Source: an uncultured Candidatus Poseidoniales archaeon (GTDB taxonomy: Archaea; Thermoplasmatota; Poseidoniia; Poseidoniales; Thalassarchaeaceae). From it: a stretch of 64,000 bases of DNA. A program made the translations under genes and the position numbers. A model generated the notes under the pieces. The model was given only the letters and a program-made list of their open reading frames with translations. It searched no databases and was not told the DNA's origin. Each line of letters begins with the position of its first letter. Within the stretch, counting starts at the first letter, position 1. Shown here in pieces: positions 1 through 11,200 of the stretch. The stretch lies in contig CACJKA010000006.1 in NCBI GenBank assembly GCA_902593945.1, positions 3,471-67,470 on the forward strand. Reading direction: 5' to 3'.

Positions 1-156
1 TCATGGTCTTGTACCCATTTATTTGTTTCAGATCCTCCTGCAAGTATAGTCGAAGGTAGAATACATGTAGCAATACCTTGGAACTGGGTAAAATCTATTG
101 GAGATGTTGTGGTTTTACGTTGGTTTCCTCAGACTCCAATACCTAAAAAACCCTAA
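1..156 (+). CDS. PRC-barrel domain protein, 5'-truncated (CdpB-like)
   Basis: Frame 1 read by hand: SWSCTHLFVSDPPASIVEGRIHVAIPWNWVKSIGDVVVLRWFPQTPIPKKP*. The segment IPWNWVKSIGDVVVL matches the archaeal PRC-barrel C-terminal consensus. Not in the ORF track. Confidence 0.7.
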   Translation, partial: SWSCTHLFVSDPPASIVEGRIHVAIPWNWVKSIGDVVVLRWFPQTPIPKKP

Positions 157-223
157 TTATTGATGATGCAACTATACACGTAATCACAATACGATTCAAA
201 AAGGGAAAGTTCACGCTAAGCCA

Positions 224-2725
224 ATGCGTAGAGTCTCGTCAGCCATTTTGATTGTTCTTCTTCTCTCTCTAGCAAGCCCTTTAGTTTCTGCTGATTCTAA
301 AGGTATCATTGGTTGTACTAGTGCAGATTTAGACATGATGCCAGCGAGTTGGGAGATATCTGATCAGTCTTGTGTGACTATAGATTTCCAGGAAGTATTG
401 TCTCCTGGTACAACATTTTCATTTGAGATAGACTCAGATGAAGATATTGATATTTTACTATTCACAGCAAATGCAAGAACAACTTATCAGAATGAGCAGA
501 ATTACAGAACAGATTTGATTTGGGAAGAAGATTCTGTCTTCGAATCTTTTTCTGGACAGGGTTCTTGGCATTGGACTGTTCCAGATGAAGGGCAATCAAC
601 TCGATGGTACATGGTAATTGATAATTTAGCTCATCCTCAAGATAATGGTCAGGGCGCTCAAGGAGGAAGTGTAGCGAATGTAATAATGAACGTTGAACAG
701 GTTGTGGCTCCTGCTTTTTCTTTGATAGATACGATTGTTCGTTTGGATACAAATGATCACCAAGTTGTAGCTGGTCCTTTCTCTTTAGACCAGGGCAGTC
801 AACTTTCTATTGATGTGACTACAATGGAAGGTGGTCCTGATATATTCTTGATGACAGAGGAACAAAAGAACACCTATGAATCTGCAGTTGCAAATGGTAC
901 AGTTGCAGCATCTAGAATAAATCAAGCAGATTTACTCGCAGTAACTAGTTCTGGTAGCACAGTTTGGTCAGCAGGGCCTCAGTATTCTGGGATTCCTCTA
1001 TACTTAGTTGTGGATAATCGTGCAGGTGCAGGCGGAGCAGGAACAAGCAAAGTGGCAACTACTGTGGTGTCTTACCTCACACCTGTTGTTCAAGTGATTC
1101 TAACCGATCCAGACTCTTTGACCGTTGTTGATGTTGGGGCGACTATGACATTGGATGCCAGCAATACACCAAATCTTTCCAATCAAATATCTAGTATTAA
1201 TTGGGATACAGACGGCGACGGGTTTGATGATTATTCTGGTGAAACTATTGAATTATCTTGGCTAATTCCAACAAATTTCACATTAAAGGTTACAGCAGTA
1301 TCTACCGATTCACGAAGTTCTACCATATTCAAAGACATAGAAGTTAGAGATATCTCAAATCCTTCTGCTAGCATTGATATTAACTCGGATATAACACGCG
1401 GATATGGTGAAAATATTGTCTTGAGTGGCCAATTCTCAGATAACTGGGAGGTTTCAACCGTAGAATGGTTAGTTGATGATTTAGTTATGGAGTCTTATTC
1501 TGGCACCGATCCCTCTGCTACTTCCTTTACTCATGTATTCGACTCATCCTACATATCTGGGCTTCATACAATCACTCTCAGAGTTACAGACAAATCAGGA
1601 TTAGTAACTGATGATGTCGCTAACATAAATTTGTATGACCCCACACCTCCTAAAGTAGACTCCGATTTCGTCACTGAACTGCAAGTTGTAGTCAACCAAG
1701 CTTATCCTTTCTCAGTCCCAGCAACTGATCCTGAATCAACGAATCTAATTTACAAATGGGATTTCAATAGAGATATTGATTCAGATAATGACGGAATAAC
1801 TTCTAATGATAACGAAGGAGTAGGTCCAACAGTAGTTCATCCTTTTTCAGAGCCAGGAATTTTTTGGGTAGTTTGTACTATTCAGAATGATGAGGGATTA
1901 ACTACTGAAGCAGAGATTCTAGTGACAGTTATTTCCGCAGATTCTGGTTCAGATGGAATTGATTGGTTGAATATTATTGTAATTTTAGTTGTAATCTTAG
2001 TTGTAATGGCATTAATTGGTTTGGTAACAGTAAGAGTACTAGAAAATAGAAAAATCGCAGCAATGTTAGCTGAACAAGCGGAACAAGAAGTTGAAGAAAA
2101 TGTGGCACCCCCATCTGTTGACGAGCAGAAAGCAATGTGGGGAGGAGCGGGAATTAATCAAGTGAGTCCGCTCTCTCAAGCAACTGTAGGTAATCAATAC
2201 GGTGGTTATTCTTCAGGAATGTCCGGTTTACCAACTCCGCCGCCGTCCGGTTCCCCTACTTCTCCTGTAGAGATGGATCCTGATTTGTCAGAATTACTCA
2301 GTTCGTCCCCTCCACCAACATCTGCCCCTGTTAATAGTCCTGCTAATGACTTACTTGCAGCATTTGAAGAAGACGATGCAGTTCCTAGAGAAGATATTCA
2401 ACACGATTTTGATTCTTCTGAGAATTCTGAAAATGTTTGGAAACCTTCTGAAGATCCACTAGAAGGCATTTCAGCGCCAGTTTCTGAGGTAGTAGAAGCA
2501 CCTGATTTTGAGCCAGAACCGGAACCAGAACCAGAACCGGAACCTGAATCAGAACCGGAGCCTGAACTAGAACCAGAACCGGAGCCACCTTCACAAAATC
2601 GTACAGTTAGAAATTCATGTTCAAGTTGTGGGAAATTGTTTGAAGTCGATATGCCAGTAGGTGTTGATGTTGCTAGAACATCATGTCCACATTGTGGGTC
2701 AATTGAGACAATACGTTTTGAGTGA
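224..2725 (+). CDS. Secreted, membrane-anchored PKD-domain protein with a cytoplasmic Pro/Glu-rich linker and C-terminal zinc ribbon
   Basis: Signal peptide; PKD-like motifs (LDAS...WDTDGDG, YKWDF, HTITLRVTD); one TM helix (IIVILVVILVVMALIGLV); EP repeats; CSSC...CPHC at the C-terminus. Confidence 0.8.
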   Translation: MRRVSSAILIVLLLSLASPLVSADSKGIIGCTSADLDMMPASWEISDQSCVTIDFQEVLSPGTTFSFEIDSDEDIDILLFTANARTTYQNEQNYRTDLIWEEDSVFESFSGQGSWHWTVPDEGQSTRWYMVIDNLAHPQDNGQGAQGGSVANVIMNVEQVVAPAFSLIDTIVRLDTNDHQVVAGPFSLDQGSQLSIDVTTMEGGPDIFLMTEEQKNTYESAVANGTVAASRINQADLLAVTSSGSTVWSAGPQYSGIPLYLVVDNRAGAGGAGTSKVATTVVSYLTPVVQVILTDPDSLTVVDVGATMTLDASNTPNLSNQISSINWDTDGDGFDDYSGETIELSWLIPTNFTLKVTAVSTDSRSSTIFKDIEVRDISNPSASIDINSDITRGYGENIVLSGQFSDNWEVSTVEWLVDDLVMESYSGTDPSATSFTHVFDSSYISGLHTITLRVTDKSGLVTDDVANINLYDPTPPKVDSDFVTELQVVVNQAYPFSVPATDPESTNLIYKWDFNRDIDSDNDGITSNDNEGVGPTVVHPFSEPGIFWVVCTIQNDEGLTTEAEILVTVISADSGSDGIDWLNIIVILVVILVVMALIGLVTVRVLENRKIAAMLAEQAEQEVEENVAPPSVDEQKAMWGGAGINQVSPLSQATVGNQYGGYSSGMSGLPTPPPSGSPTSPVEMDPDLSELLSSSPPPTSAPVNSPANDLLAAFEEDDAVPREDIQHDFDSSENSENVWKPSEDPLEGISAPVSEVVEAPDFEPEPEPEPEPEPESEPEPELEPEPEPPSQNRTVRNSCSSCGKLFEVDMPVGVDVARTSCPHCGSIETIRFE
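2510..2587 (+). repeat. Degenerate hexamer repeat (GARCCN) encoding a (Glu-Pro)n linker
   Basis: gagccagaaccggaaccagaaccagaaccggaacctgaatcagaaccggagcctgaactagaaccagaaccggagcca. Confidence 0.9.
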
Positions 2726-2730
2726 ATTTT

Positions 2731-3135
2731 ATGAAAAGAAATTGGATTCTTCACATAGGATCAATTATTTTCGGGTTTCCATTTGTACTCATTGGGATAG
2801 ATCACTTTGTAGACCCAGTTTGGTATGAGCCGATAGTCCCCGAAATATTGGGTTATCCTACATTTTGGGTATATGCTAGCGGAGTTTTTGAAATTGTTTT
2901 AGGGGCCGGCTTGATGTTTCCACGTACTCGACAAATTTCTGCATATGGTGTAGCTTTAATGCTGTTAGTTCTTTATTGGGCCAATTTCAACATGTGGATT
3001 AATGATATAGCAATTGGCGGCTCTAAATTCGGCACTAATTGGCATATAATGAGAGCAATAATTCAAGTAATTCTAATTATTATTTGTCTTACGATAGCTA
3101 AATATTCTTCTAAATTATCTCAATCATCAGAATGA
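2731..3135 (+). CDS. DoxX-like membrane protein
   Basis: GIDHF...YEPIVP, SGVFEIVLG and ANFNM motifs with about 4 hydrophobic segments. ATG 2731 preferred over GTG 2722. Confidence 0.75.
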   Translation: MKRNWILHIGSIIFGFPFVLIGIDHFVDPVWYEPIVPEILGYPTFWVYASGVFEIVLGAGLMFPRTRQISAYGVALMLLVLYWANFNMWINDIAIGGSKFGTNWHIMRAIIQVILIIICLTIAKYSSKLSQSSE

Positions 3136-3226
3136 AAGATTGGTTTCAATTGAAACAAGATTAAATCTATTTTTATTGTACTCAAGTAGGGGAATAACCT
3201 TTACCATATCTCTGAGAGGTGAGTCC

Positions 3227-6200
3227 ATGAAAGGCGGTGCTGTACGTATCATACGCAGAGCCCCTGCCATCAATCATTCACAGACAATTCTTCTAGTTCT
3301 GATATTTTTGATGCCGATGTATTCGCCAATTACTAATGTATCTGCAGATACAAGAATCAGCGCTGATGATTTTCAAATTCTTGACGAAATGACGGAAGTA
3401 CTTTCTCAGAGAGAAGATGTAATATCGTCGGAACTGGTTAAAAATATCGCAGGACCTTCTCTTGAAGGGGTTGAAAATTCAGTTACCTCAACAAATCAGG
3501 ATGATCCTCTTTATGGAATTAATGATTTGTTTTCAGATTCTTCCATTGTAGATACAACACCTCCTGAAGTCATTCATCCGGGACCATATGATCTTCTAAT
3601 AAATCCTGAAAATTCACCCCCTGGTGCCGTGAATACAGTCTGGCAAACAATTTTCAATCTGACAGATTATTTGATTTGGACAAAGTATACTGATTTAGAC
3701 GGTAATCAAGTCGAAAAGTTCGAAGTAGTTACTTTTACTGCTTCATTGTTTTCTTTACTTGATCCTGAGACCGAATCATTCCTTCATGCGATTGATGTCG
3801 ATAATGACGGAAATAATGATATCCAAGTAGGTCTAAAGATAGCTTTTGATTTAGGCGATGAATTGGGTATTGAAGGAGATACTCTTTGGATAAAACCTAC
3901 AATTTCTTTCGAAGTAGTTGTATTAGAATCTAGTGAAGGAGATGCCGTTTGGGATGAGTTACAAAATCTTCAAGTTTCACTATTGAAAGCATTTGCTTAT
4001 TCTGAAGGTATTCTAACAGGTGGAGAAAGTTATGTTTGGGTCATCGACTCAGCCTTTACTACCCCGCCAATTGACTTTTCTTTGGATGTTGGTATAGAAA
4101 GATTATTTTTTGATATTTCAGATGCCGCATCAAGTTTGGTGTCTAGTCTTCTTGCATTCGTTAGTTTAGGAATACCTTTACCTGGTGTGGATGAGTCAGA
4201 TATTGTTCTTTCATCGCTTTCTTCTCCATATGCAATTCTCATAAATAATAATGGACAAACAAATTGTCCAGATAGATATTCCCAAATTGAATTATCTACT
4301 TTACCTTCCACTGAGATTTCTTGTGGAGTTGTAGCAGGGTTTGGGTATGTCCATTTTTCTCCTCAAGATAGTAATGGTGATAGAGAGGTCTGGGAAGTTG
4401 CTTATATCGAAGCCACTATACATCCAAACGGTGTTTCTACAAGATTACCTTCTGAAGTGAATCTAGTCATCAGAACTGATACAACATTGGCTGAGGGTGG
4501 CGGTGGAGCAGGTGAAAATGCTCTAGATACAATCGAATACTATGCAGATAGAAGATCAGATTTACACATTCACTTCCATGAGAATAAAGCCGGACAACCA
4601 ACTGCTAACTCCGACGATCCAAGTGGAAATTCCACAGATACAATTGGTTGGCTAAGAGGTATGCCTGCCGGAAGCCTCTCCTCTGATGAGATTGATCGTG
4701 TTTTCACAATGTTGGGCTCTAAATCTTCTCCTGAATTACCAGGTGGTCAACCTGAAAAATTAGGTATGATCATTGCAATCAAGAATTTCTCTAGAGATAC
4801 AACACAAAATGTCGATGACCCTACTCTACCGATTAATCCTGCTTATCCTCCTAAGACCTTAGTGCTAATTAGATCTGTTCAAAGTATCCAATCAATAGAA
4901 TATGATTCATGGCATAAAAGAGGAGATATTGCTACAGATCATAGTAAACTCAGTCTCGAATTGAGAGATTTGCCAACATCAATCGCTATTTTTGGTTCAT
5001 TCGAACTGGGAAGTACTGAATCATCAGATACAAGCCTTGATACTGGCGCTAATTTAGATTTCATGTCCAAGATTTTAGATTCAGTGATTCTTAACTTGGT
5101 TAATTTATTCTTAGATGTCGGCGATATAATCAATTCAGTACCAGGTGAAGCAATTTCAGTACTTACTGGCGATGCTGGTGCTGGAGGAATAAATTCATTC
5201 GCAGGTAGAGAGGTAAATCTATTGATGACTGATAATCTATTATCAAGTAGAGAGAGTATGGAAATCAGTGTACTTTCTTTCCAAATCGGATCAAGTCCTC
5301 ACCCAATTGCTCAAGATGATCATATCATAATTTCTAAAGATAGAGATTTGAATCAGGTTGTTGGAGAATTTGGAGTCAGAGAACCTATTGTTCCAGTTGC
5401 TTCAAGTATTAGATTTAGTGGATTATCCGAATTTACATTCAGTGATGACAATCTTACTAATATTCAATCAGTAGGGATAAAAACTAATTCCGATGAATCA
5501 TTCAGATTTTCGTTTATTGAACATGATAGAAGTTCTCTCGAGAATTTTTCATTCCAGAGCCTATATCTCTCAGACATACCAAATAATATTTCTATTGAAT
5601 TGGATGAAGAATCTTTGAGCTATATCGCTAATGAAGGAATAGAATTGATCTCTTATGTTGGTTTAGATGGTGAACAGAGACAGGCTGCAAATATTCATGA
5701 TATGCCTGCAGAATTCATGTTTGAATTCGGAGAACAGACCAGTTTTATTGCAGAAACTCCAATTTCTACTGTAGAAGTTCAAATTAGTAATTCTTCTGAT
5801 CCCGTTACTATGACTGGTGATCATTTCTTATTCCATCATGATTCTAATAATGAGACCTCTACTATATCCACTAGATTGACAGGAATACAGGAATTAGGCT
5901 GGATACCACCTATTGAGGAAGGTTCTCTAGGATCATCGGGCCGAGGAACAGCATTCCTAAAATCTGCAGGAGATAGGCCAATGAGTATCAATGTAGATAA
6001 CGCTCCTACTGTCGATTCTTCTGGGTTGTCAGCATTAGCTTTAATTGAACCATTACCATCTTATCTTACGGTTGAAGTTCCAACTGGTGAATCTTCCAAT
6101 TCTGATTTGGTCTTACCAGACTTCAATTCAACTCAGGGGCTTTCAGGAGTTGCCTTTTTCATTGGTGGATTTTCCGATTTCGGCAGGTCAATTAATTCTG

Positions 6201-7624
6201 TATTAGCAGGTTTAACTAGCGATATCTCAACAGGCACAGACGAAGTCGATGAATCTTTTTCATATGCCTTACAATTAGAATCAGATTCTGCATTTGATCT
6301 TACTCTAGAAGCAACATATGGAAAAGACGTGACTTCTGAGCCTCCATGGGTGCATGGAATCTCTTTCCAGTCCGCACCTGAGGGATTATCGAATGGATTC
6401 CATATCAAAACATGGTTACCTGGTTTGCCACCACAAATTGATATGACAATTGCTAGAGATACTCTATCCAATGGTGAAGATTGGTATATACAAGTTTCAA
6501 TGGATGGATGGAAACCTGCTCGAGAAGAATTTATGATTCATGCATATGGTGTGAATGGTCAAGATTTGTTAATGACAATGCAGGGACTAAGTCCTGGAGA
6601 ATCTACTAGCTTGTACATTGATTCAATTTTTGAAATCAGAGACACCGGAGGAATTACGGTAGTTTCAACTGGGACACAATTTGGTATATCTGAAAGATTA
6701 GATTGGGTGCATATGATTTTGATTAATCGAGAGTCCCAGAGTCGAACGGAGATGTTGATTAATGAGATTCCTAAATCTATTTCTTTACAGGCAAGTCTTG
6801 GAACTGCGATTTCTATTGATATGAGTGTCCCCGAACAAGAAAGAATTGAAGGATTTGCTGTAGGTTCTTTGATGTTGCAACAGATGCAATGGATGGATGG
6901 ATTTTGGTGGCCAGCAACTGTATTCTTGAAAGACATACCAGGTTATATTAATTTGACAACTGCTCCAGAATTGAATTTTGATATAACCAAGAATCTTGCT
7001 TTCCAAGGTTTACCTAATCTTGATTTCACTTCTTCAGATGAAGGAATGTCATTGTATATTGAAGCATTTGGTAGAGCAATAAATTCTCGTGGAGATATTA
7101 TTCTCCTAGCAGAAGGGATGACCGATAAGATGGTCATAAAACCAACAAATGATTTTGGTTTAGAGATACGTTCTGGAGGAAGTGGAGTAGAAAAAATATA
7201 TGTTAGAGTTAACGATGTTCCTACGGGAACTAGTCAAGTAGGTACTCCACCAGTTTATCTTGAAGAAATGGAAGCCATGGGGGAAAATCTTCGTAGTGCT
7301 ACTTTGCATATTAGGGAATTAGTTGGCCCTTACAGTGTAATTGAAGTTGATGATGTAGATGGCGGAAAAATAATTGTTTCAGCTAAAGTAAGTACCGAGT
7401 TTGCAGGTCAAGAAATACAAGTCAGAGGCGTTCTAATCGATGCCCAAACTACTGGAGGAGTCCCTACAGGTACTACTCTTGGAGTCAATGGTTTATCTTC
7501 GGATCTTTCAATATTGAATTTAGTGCCTGGTTTGGGGGGTTCAACACATCACTTGTTAGTTCCAGAACCATTTACTTCTGCAATACTAACTGTTGTTGCC
7601 ACATTATCTAATGGAGGTGACTAG
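3227..7624 (+). CDS. Very large secreted/membrane-anchored hypothetical protein with internal beta-rich repeats
   Basis: Long ORF with an N-terminal hydrophobic segment and a Ca-binding-like DVDNDGNND. ATG 3227 follows GAGGTGA. Confidence 0.8.
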   Translation: MKGGAVRIIRRAPAINHSQTILLVLIFLMPMYSPITNVSADTRISADDFQILDEMTEVLSQREDVISSELVKNIAGPSLEGVENSVTSTNQDDPLYGINDLFSDSSIVDTTPPEVIHPGPYDLLINPENSPPGAVNTVWQTIFNLTDYLIWTKYTDLDGNQVEKFEVVTFTASLFSLLDPETESFLHAIDVDNDGNNDIQVGLKIAFDLGDELGIEGDTLWIKPTISFEVVVLESSEGDAVWDELQNLQVSLLKAFAYSEGILTGGESYVWVIDSAFTTPPIDFSLDVGIERLFFDISDAASSLVSSLLAFVSLGIPLPGVDESDIVLSSLSSPYAILINNNGQTNCPDRYSQIELSTLPSTEISCGVVAGFGYVHFSPQDSNGDREVWEVAYIEATIHPNGVSTRLPSEVNLVIRTDTTLAEGGGGAGENALDTIEYYADRRSDLHIHFHENKAGQPTANSDDPSGNSTDTIGWLRGMPAGSLSSDEIDRVFTMLGSKSSPELPGGQPEKLGMIIAIKNFSRDTTQNVDDPTLPINPAYPPKTLVLIRSVQSIQSIEYDSWHKRGDIATDHSKLSLELRDLPTSIAIFGSFELGSTESSDTSLDTGANLDFMSKILDSVILNLVNLFLDVGDIINSVPGEAISVLTGDAGAGGINSFAGREVNLLMTDNLLSSRESMEISVLSFQIGSSPHPIAQDDHIIISKDRDLNQVVGEFGVREPIVPVASSIRFSGLSEFTFSDDNLTNIQSVGIKTNSDESFRFSFIEHDRSSLENFSFQSLYLSDIPNNISIELDEESLSYIANEGIELISYVGLDGEQRQAANIHDMPAEFMFEFGEQTSFIAETPISTVEVQISNSSDPVTMTGDHFLFHHDSNNETSTISTRLTGIQELGWIPPIEEGSLGSSGRGTAFLKSAGDRPMSINVDNAPTVDSSGLSALALIEPLPSYLTVEVPTGESSNSDLVLPDFNSTQGLSGVAFFIGGFSDFGRSINSVLAGLTSDISTGTDEVDESFSYALQLESDSAFDLTLEATYGKDVTSEPPWVHGISFQSAPEGLSNGFHIKTWLPGLPPQIDMTIARDTLSNGEDWYIQVSMDGWKPAREEFMIHAYGVNGQDLLMTMQGLSPGESTSLYIDSIFEIRDTGGITVVSTGTQFGISERLDWVHMILINRESQSRTEMLINEIPKSISLQASLGTAISIDMSVPEQERIEGFAVGSLMLQQMQWMDGFWWPATVFLKDIPGYINLTTAPELNFDITKNLAFQGLPNLDFTSSDEGMSLYIEAFGRAINSRGDIILLAEGMTDKMVIKPTNDFGLEIRSGGSGVEKIYVRVNDVPTGTSQVGTPPVYLEEMEAMGENLRSATLHIRELVGPYSVIEVDDVDGGKIIVSAKVSTEFAGQEIQVRGVLIDAQTTGGVPTGTTLGVNGLSSDLSILNLVPGLGGSTHHLLVPEPFTSAILTVVATLSNGGD

Positions 7625-8185
7625 ATGGGATTACTCGAGAAGTCTAAAAATCAGAATATAGAAGAAACTCTTGAAGAGGAATATGCTCACGATGTTTTGG
7701 TTAAATTAGAAGACACAATGAGTCACATCTCACCGATGAGAGTGATAATTGTTTCTGTAGTTGCTTTGATGATTATTTCTTCGACAATTATTGCTGTGAC
7801 ATGGATAGTCCCTTACGATAAGGTTACAGTGGATGTAGTTTACATCCAAAGCAGTGCAGGTCATGTGATTCTAACTGAGGTTGATAATGATGGAAGTAGA
7901 GCCATATCTGATATAATTTTGATAATTCGATTCATCAATTCAGATAATATTGAGATTGATAGAACTTCTTTCAATAAATCATCTCTACCTGCCCATAGTT
8001 CAGTTTCTGGAGATAGTCTAGAATTAATTGTAATTGGGCCATCCGTTTGGGAAAATTATACTATCGATATTGATTTAGAATATACAAAGAATAACAATGA
8101 TAATTCTAAGATTGAATTAGAGTATGTTGTAGGTGAATGGAAAATGGAACAATTTAGTCATGGCACTGGTATTGACTTTTTCTAA
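7625..8185 (+). CDS. Hypothetical single-pass membrane protein with Ig-like domain
   Basis: Starts immediately after the upstream stop, with GGAGGTGA SD; one TM helix, then a beta-rich domain. Confidence 0.7.
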   Translation: MGLLEKSKNQNIEETLEEEYAHDVLVKLEDTMSHISPMRVIIVSVVALMIISSTIIAVTWIVPYDKVTVDVVYIQSSAGHVILTEVDNDGSRAISDIILIIRFINSDNIEIDRTSFNKSSLPAHSSVSGDSLELIVIGPSVWENYTIDIDLEYTKNNNDNSKIELEYVVGEWKMEQFSHGTGIDFF

Positions 8186-8266
8186 CTCTGTTAGAATCCA
8201 ATGTATGAATCCTTTAGGGTTCAACTAACCCATATACTCAAAACCATCTTTAGTAGAGGGAACTTC

Positions 8267-11200
8267 ATGACCAAGCGTACTGTATGCTTAATTTTAGGGC
8301 TCTTCCTCCTTTCATACATACCTGCTACTGATTTCTTTGAAGAACCAGAAGAATCATTTGGAGCAAATATGGATGATAAAATAGAACGAGTAGAAATCTC
8401 TCCCAATCCAAATAGCATTACAGATCTAGGAGCTCCAGTAATCGCAGATAGTTTTGAATTGGTACGTTCTGAGAATGCGGATTCTAGTATTGGAGTGTTT
8501 ACTCATTCAGGACTTATACCTAGCGTATATTTTTCTGAAGATATTGCAACAACTAGAGCAGACCTTGCTTTAGTCATAGTAGACGGAAATACTGGTTTAT
8601 GGGACGCTAGAATGGAATTAATGGAAATAAATGGACTAGAAATCCGTTCTACTATTCCTCCATCTGGGTACTTAGTCCAAGGCTCCGAAGAACAATTAAA
8701 TGAATTAAAGAATATTCGATCTGTTGAATCTATTCACAATGTGCCAGCAGGCCTAATGGTTCATTCATCTCTTTATGATGCTCCTGCAGATCAAAGTCTA
8801 GTTGTTGAAATCACAGGATGGAAGAATTCAGATCTAGTGCGTCAATTAGATGTATTAGGCGACAATCTCCAAGATGTTGCAGATTTATGGCTGACAGAAC
8901 CTTGGTCACCTGATTCAGGAATTTTTTGGGGCGAAATACAAACAAATGACATTCCAAAAATCATCAAGCATCCATCTGTATCATACATTGCTCCAGTCCC
9001 TGTGCTTGAATTAATGAATAATGAAGCCAGAGACCACATGGGAATCGATACTGTAGAAGATTTCTTCATTACTGGTTTGAATGGTTCGGGGCAAAAGATA
9101 GCTGTTGGGGACTCAGGTTTAGATGATGACCATGGCGACTTTACAGGTAGGGTTGCTGGTCTAGATTCTGTTACTCCGGGGGACTCTTCCACTGCTGACC
9201 TTTCTGATGGACATGGAACACATGTGGCATGCACAGTACTTGGTTCTGGAATGAGAAGCAACGGGAATTACCAAGGAATCGCCCCTGAAGCAGATCTTTA
9301 TTTCCAAGCAATGGAAGATGATGATACTGGAGCATTGTATTCAATCGGCATTAACAGTATGTTGAATGAAGCTTACAATGCAGGGGCTCGCCTTCATACT
9401 AACAGTTGGGGTTCCCCAACTGGTGGAGATTATACGACATCATCTGAAGATGCTGATGATCGCGTATCAACTTGGGATCAATATTGGCAATATCAAGGAA
9501 TGACCGTATTATTTGCGGCTGGAAATGAAAGAAATGACGGCATCTCTTCTCCAGGGACTGCAAAAAATGTGATTACAATAGGTGGTCATGTAAATAGATA
9601 CAACGGTGCTCCTGACGATATGTATTACTGGAGTAGTAGAGGCCCTACTGACGATGGTCGAATTAAACCTGATCTTGTAGCTCCAGGAGATTATGTCCGC
9701 TCTTGCAAGTCTCAAGAAGCAAGTAGTGCTTCAGGATCTTGGAGTAATAATTGGTATCTCGAATATAGCGGTACTTCAATGGCTACTCCAGCAGCAGCAG
9801 GAGCTGCGGTATTAGTTAGAGAATATTTGATGGAAGTGGCTTCAAGGCCTGCTCCACAAGCTGCTTTGATTAAGGCATTACTAATTCTTGGTGCAGAAGA
9901 CATGGGTGCCAGAAACATTCCCAATAATGACGAAGGCTGGGGGCGAGTAAATCTTGTGAATACTTTAGTTCCAGATAGTGATGTAGGAATTTTCGTCGAT
10001 GACCGATCTAGATTATCTTCCGGCCAAATTAGTGATTATTCGTTTGAAATTACAAGAGCAGGGGAGCCTCTGAAAGTAGTACTTGCTTGGTCTGATTATC
10101 CTGGCTCATCTTCATCTTCAACTCAATTAAGAAATGATTTAGATTTAGAAATCACCAATCCGAATGGCCTCATTTACAAAGGTAATGTTTTCACTAATGG
10201 TCAATCTGTAACTAATGGGCAAAAAGATTCCAAAAACAATGTTGAAGTAGTACTTGTAGATAATGCAATGGTCGGTACGTGGAGCGTTAGGGTGAAAGAC
10301 GCATCTCACGGAGGAAGTAGTTTCTATCAGTCATATTCTCTTGCTGTTAGGGGAGTTAATGTCAATGATTTAGACCCCGACCCAACTTTCGTACAAGATT
10401 CATTTGATTTATCGGTTCCAATACCTCAGATAGATGAAGAAGTCGAATTTTCAGTTTCACTAATCAATCAAGGAGCTGGGAGTATACCCGAACTTTCAGT
10501 CTTAGCTGCAGTTAATAGTGTAACAATTAGTACGAAAACCATCAGTCTTTCCCCAGGAGAATATGCAGAATTAACTTGGAATTGGACCCCTAATCAAGAT
10601 GGTGAAAATATTATTTCATTTTACATTGATCCAAATGATGAAGTCGAAGAAGTATCAGAATCTAATAATCAGCTTTTCGAAACTGTAATTGTTAGCGTTC
10701 CCGGAGTTAGAGTAACTAGCGATAATCCTACAATGCTTATTGAAGGTACAACTGATAGTTCAACAACTTGGTCTCTTGAATTGACAAATACGGCACTTTT
10801 TGAAACGAATGCTAGCATTGTAGTTTCAGAACCTGTAAGAATGCAAGATGGTATAGAGTTTGATTGGTTCTCATCATTCTCAAATAATACTTTCAATTTA
10901 ATGCCGGCTGAGTCAACATCAGTTGATTTGTCAGTAATTCATCCTGCTCCACCAGAACCTGGACTTTATCGTATGATTGTAACAGGAACTGATACTGAGA
11001 ATCAGGTACAATCTGAATTTGAGTTATATCTAGAAGTGCCACTTCTTTCTAGTCCTGATATCCTACTTCCTCCAGGCCAGGTTAAGGTAAACCCTCTAGT
11101 CTCAACACCATTGCAGATAGAAGTTAAGAATGAAGGAAATGGCCCTCAGACCTACGATGTTGAATTAATTTCTCCATCGGGGTGGAGTCTAGGTTTAGAT

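Noticed and set aside
2385-2754. Antisense ORFs with GS or VL repeats
   Set aside because: They are shadows of the (Glu-Pro)n repeat in the + strand gene.
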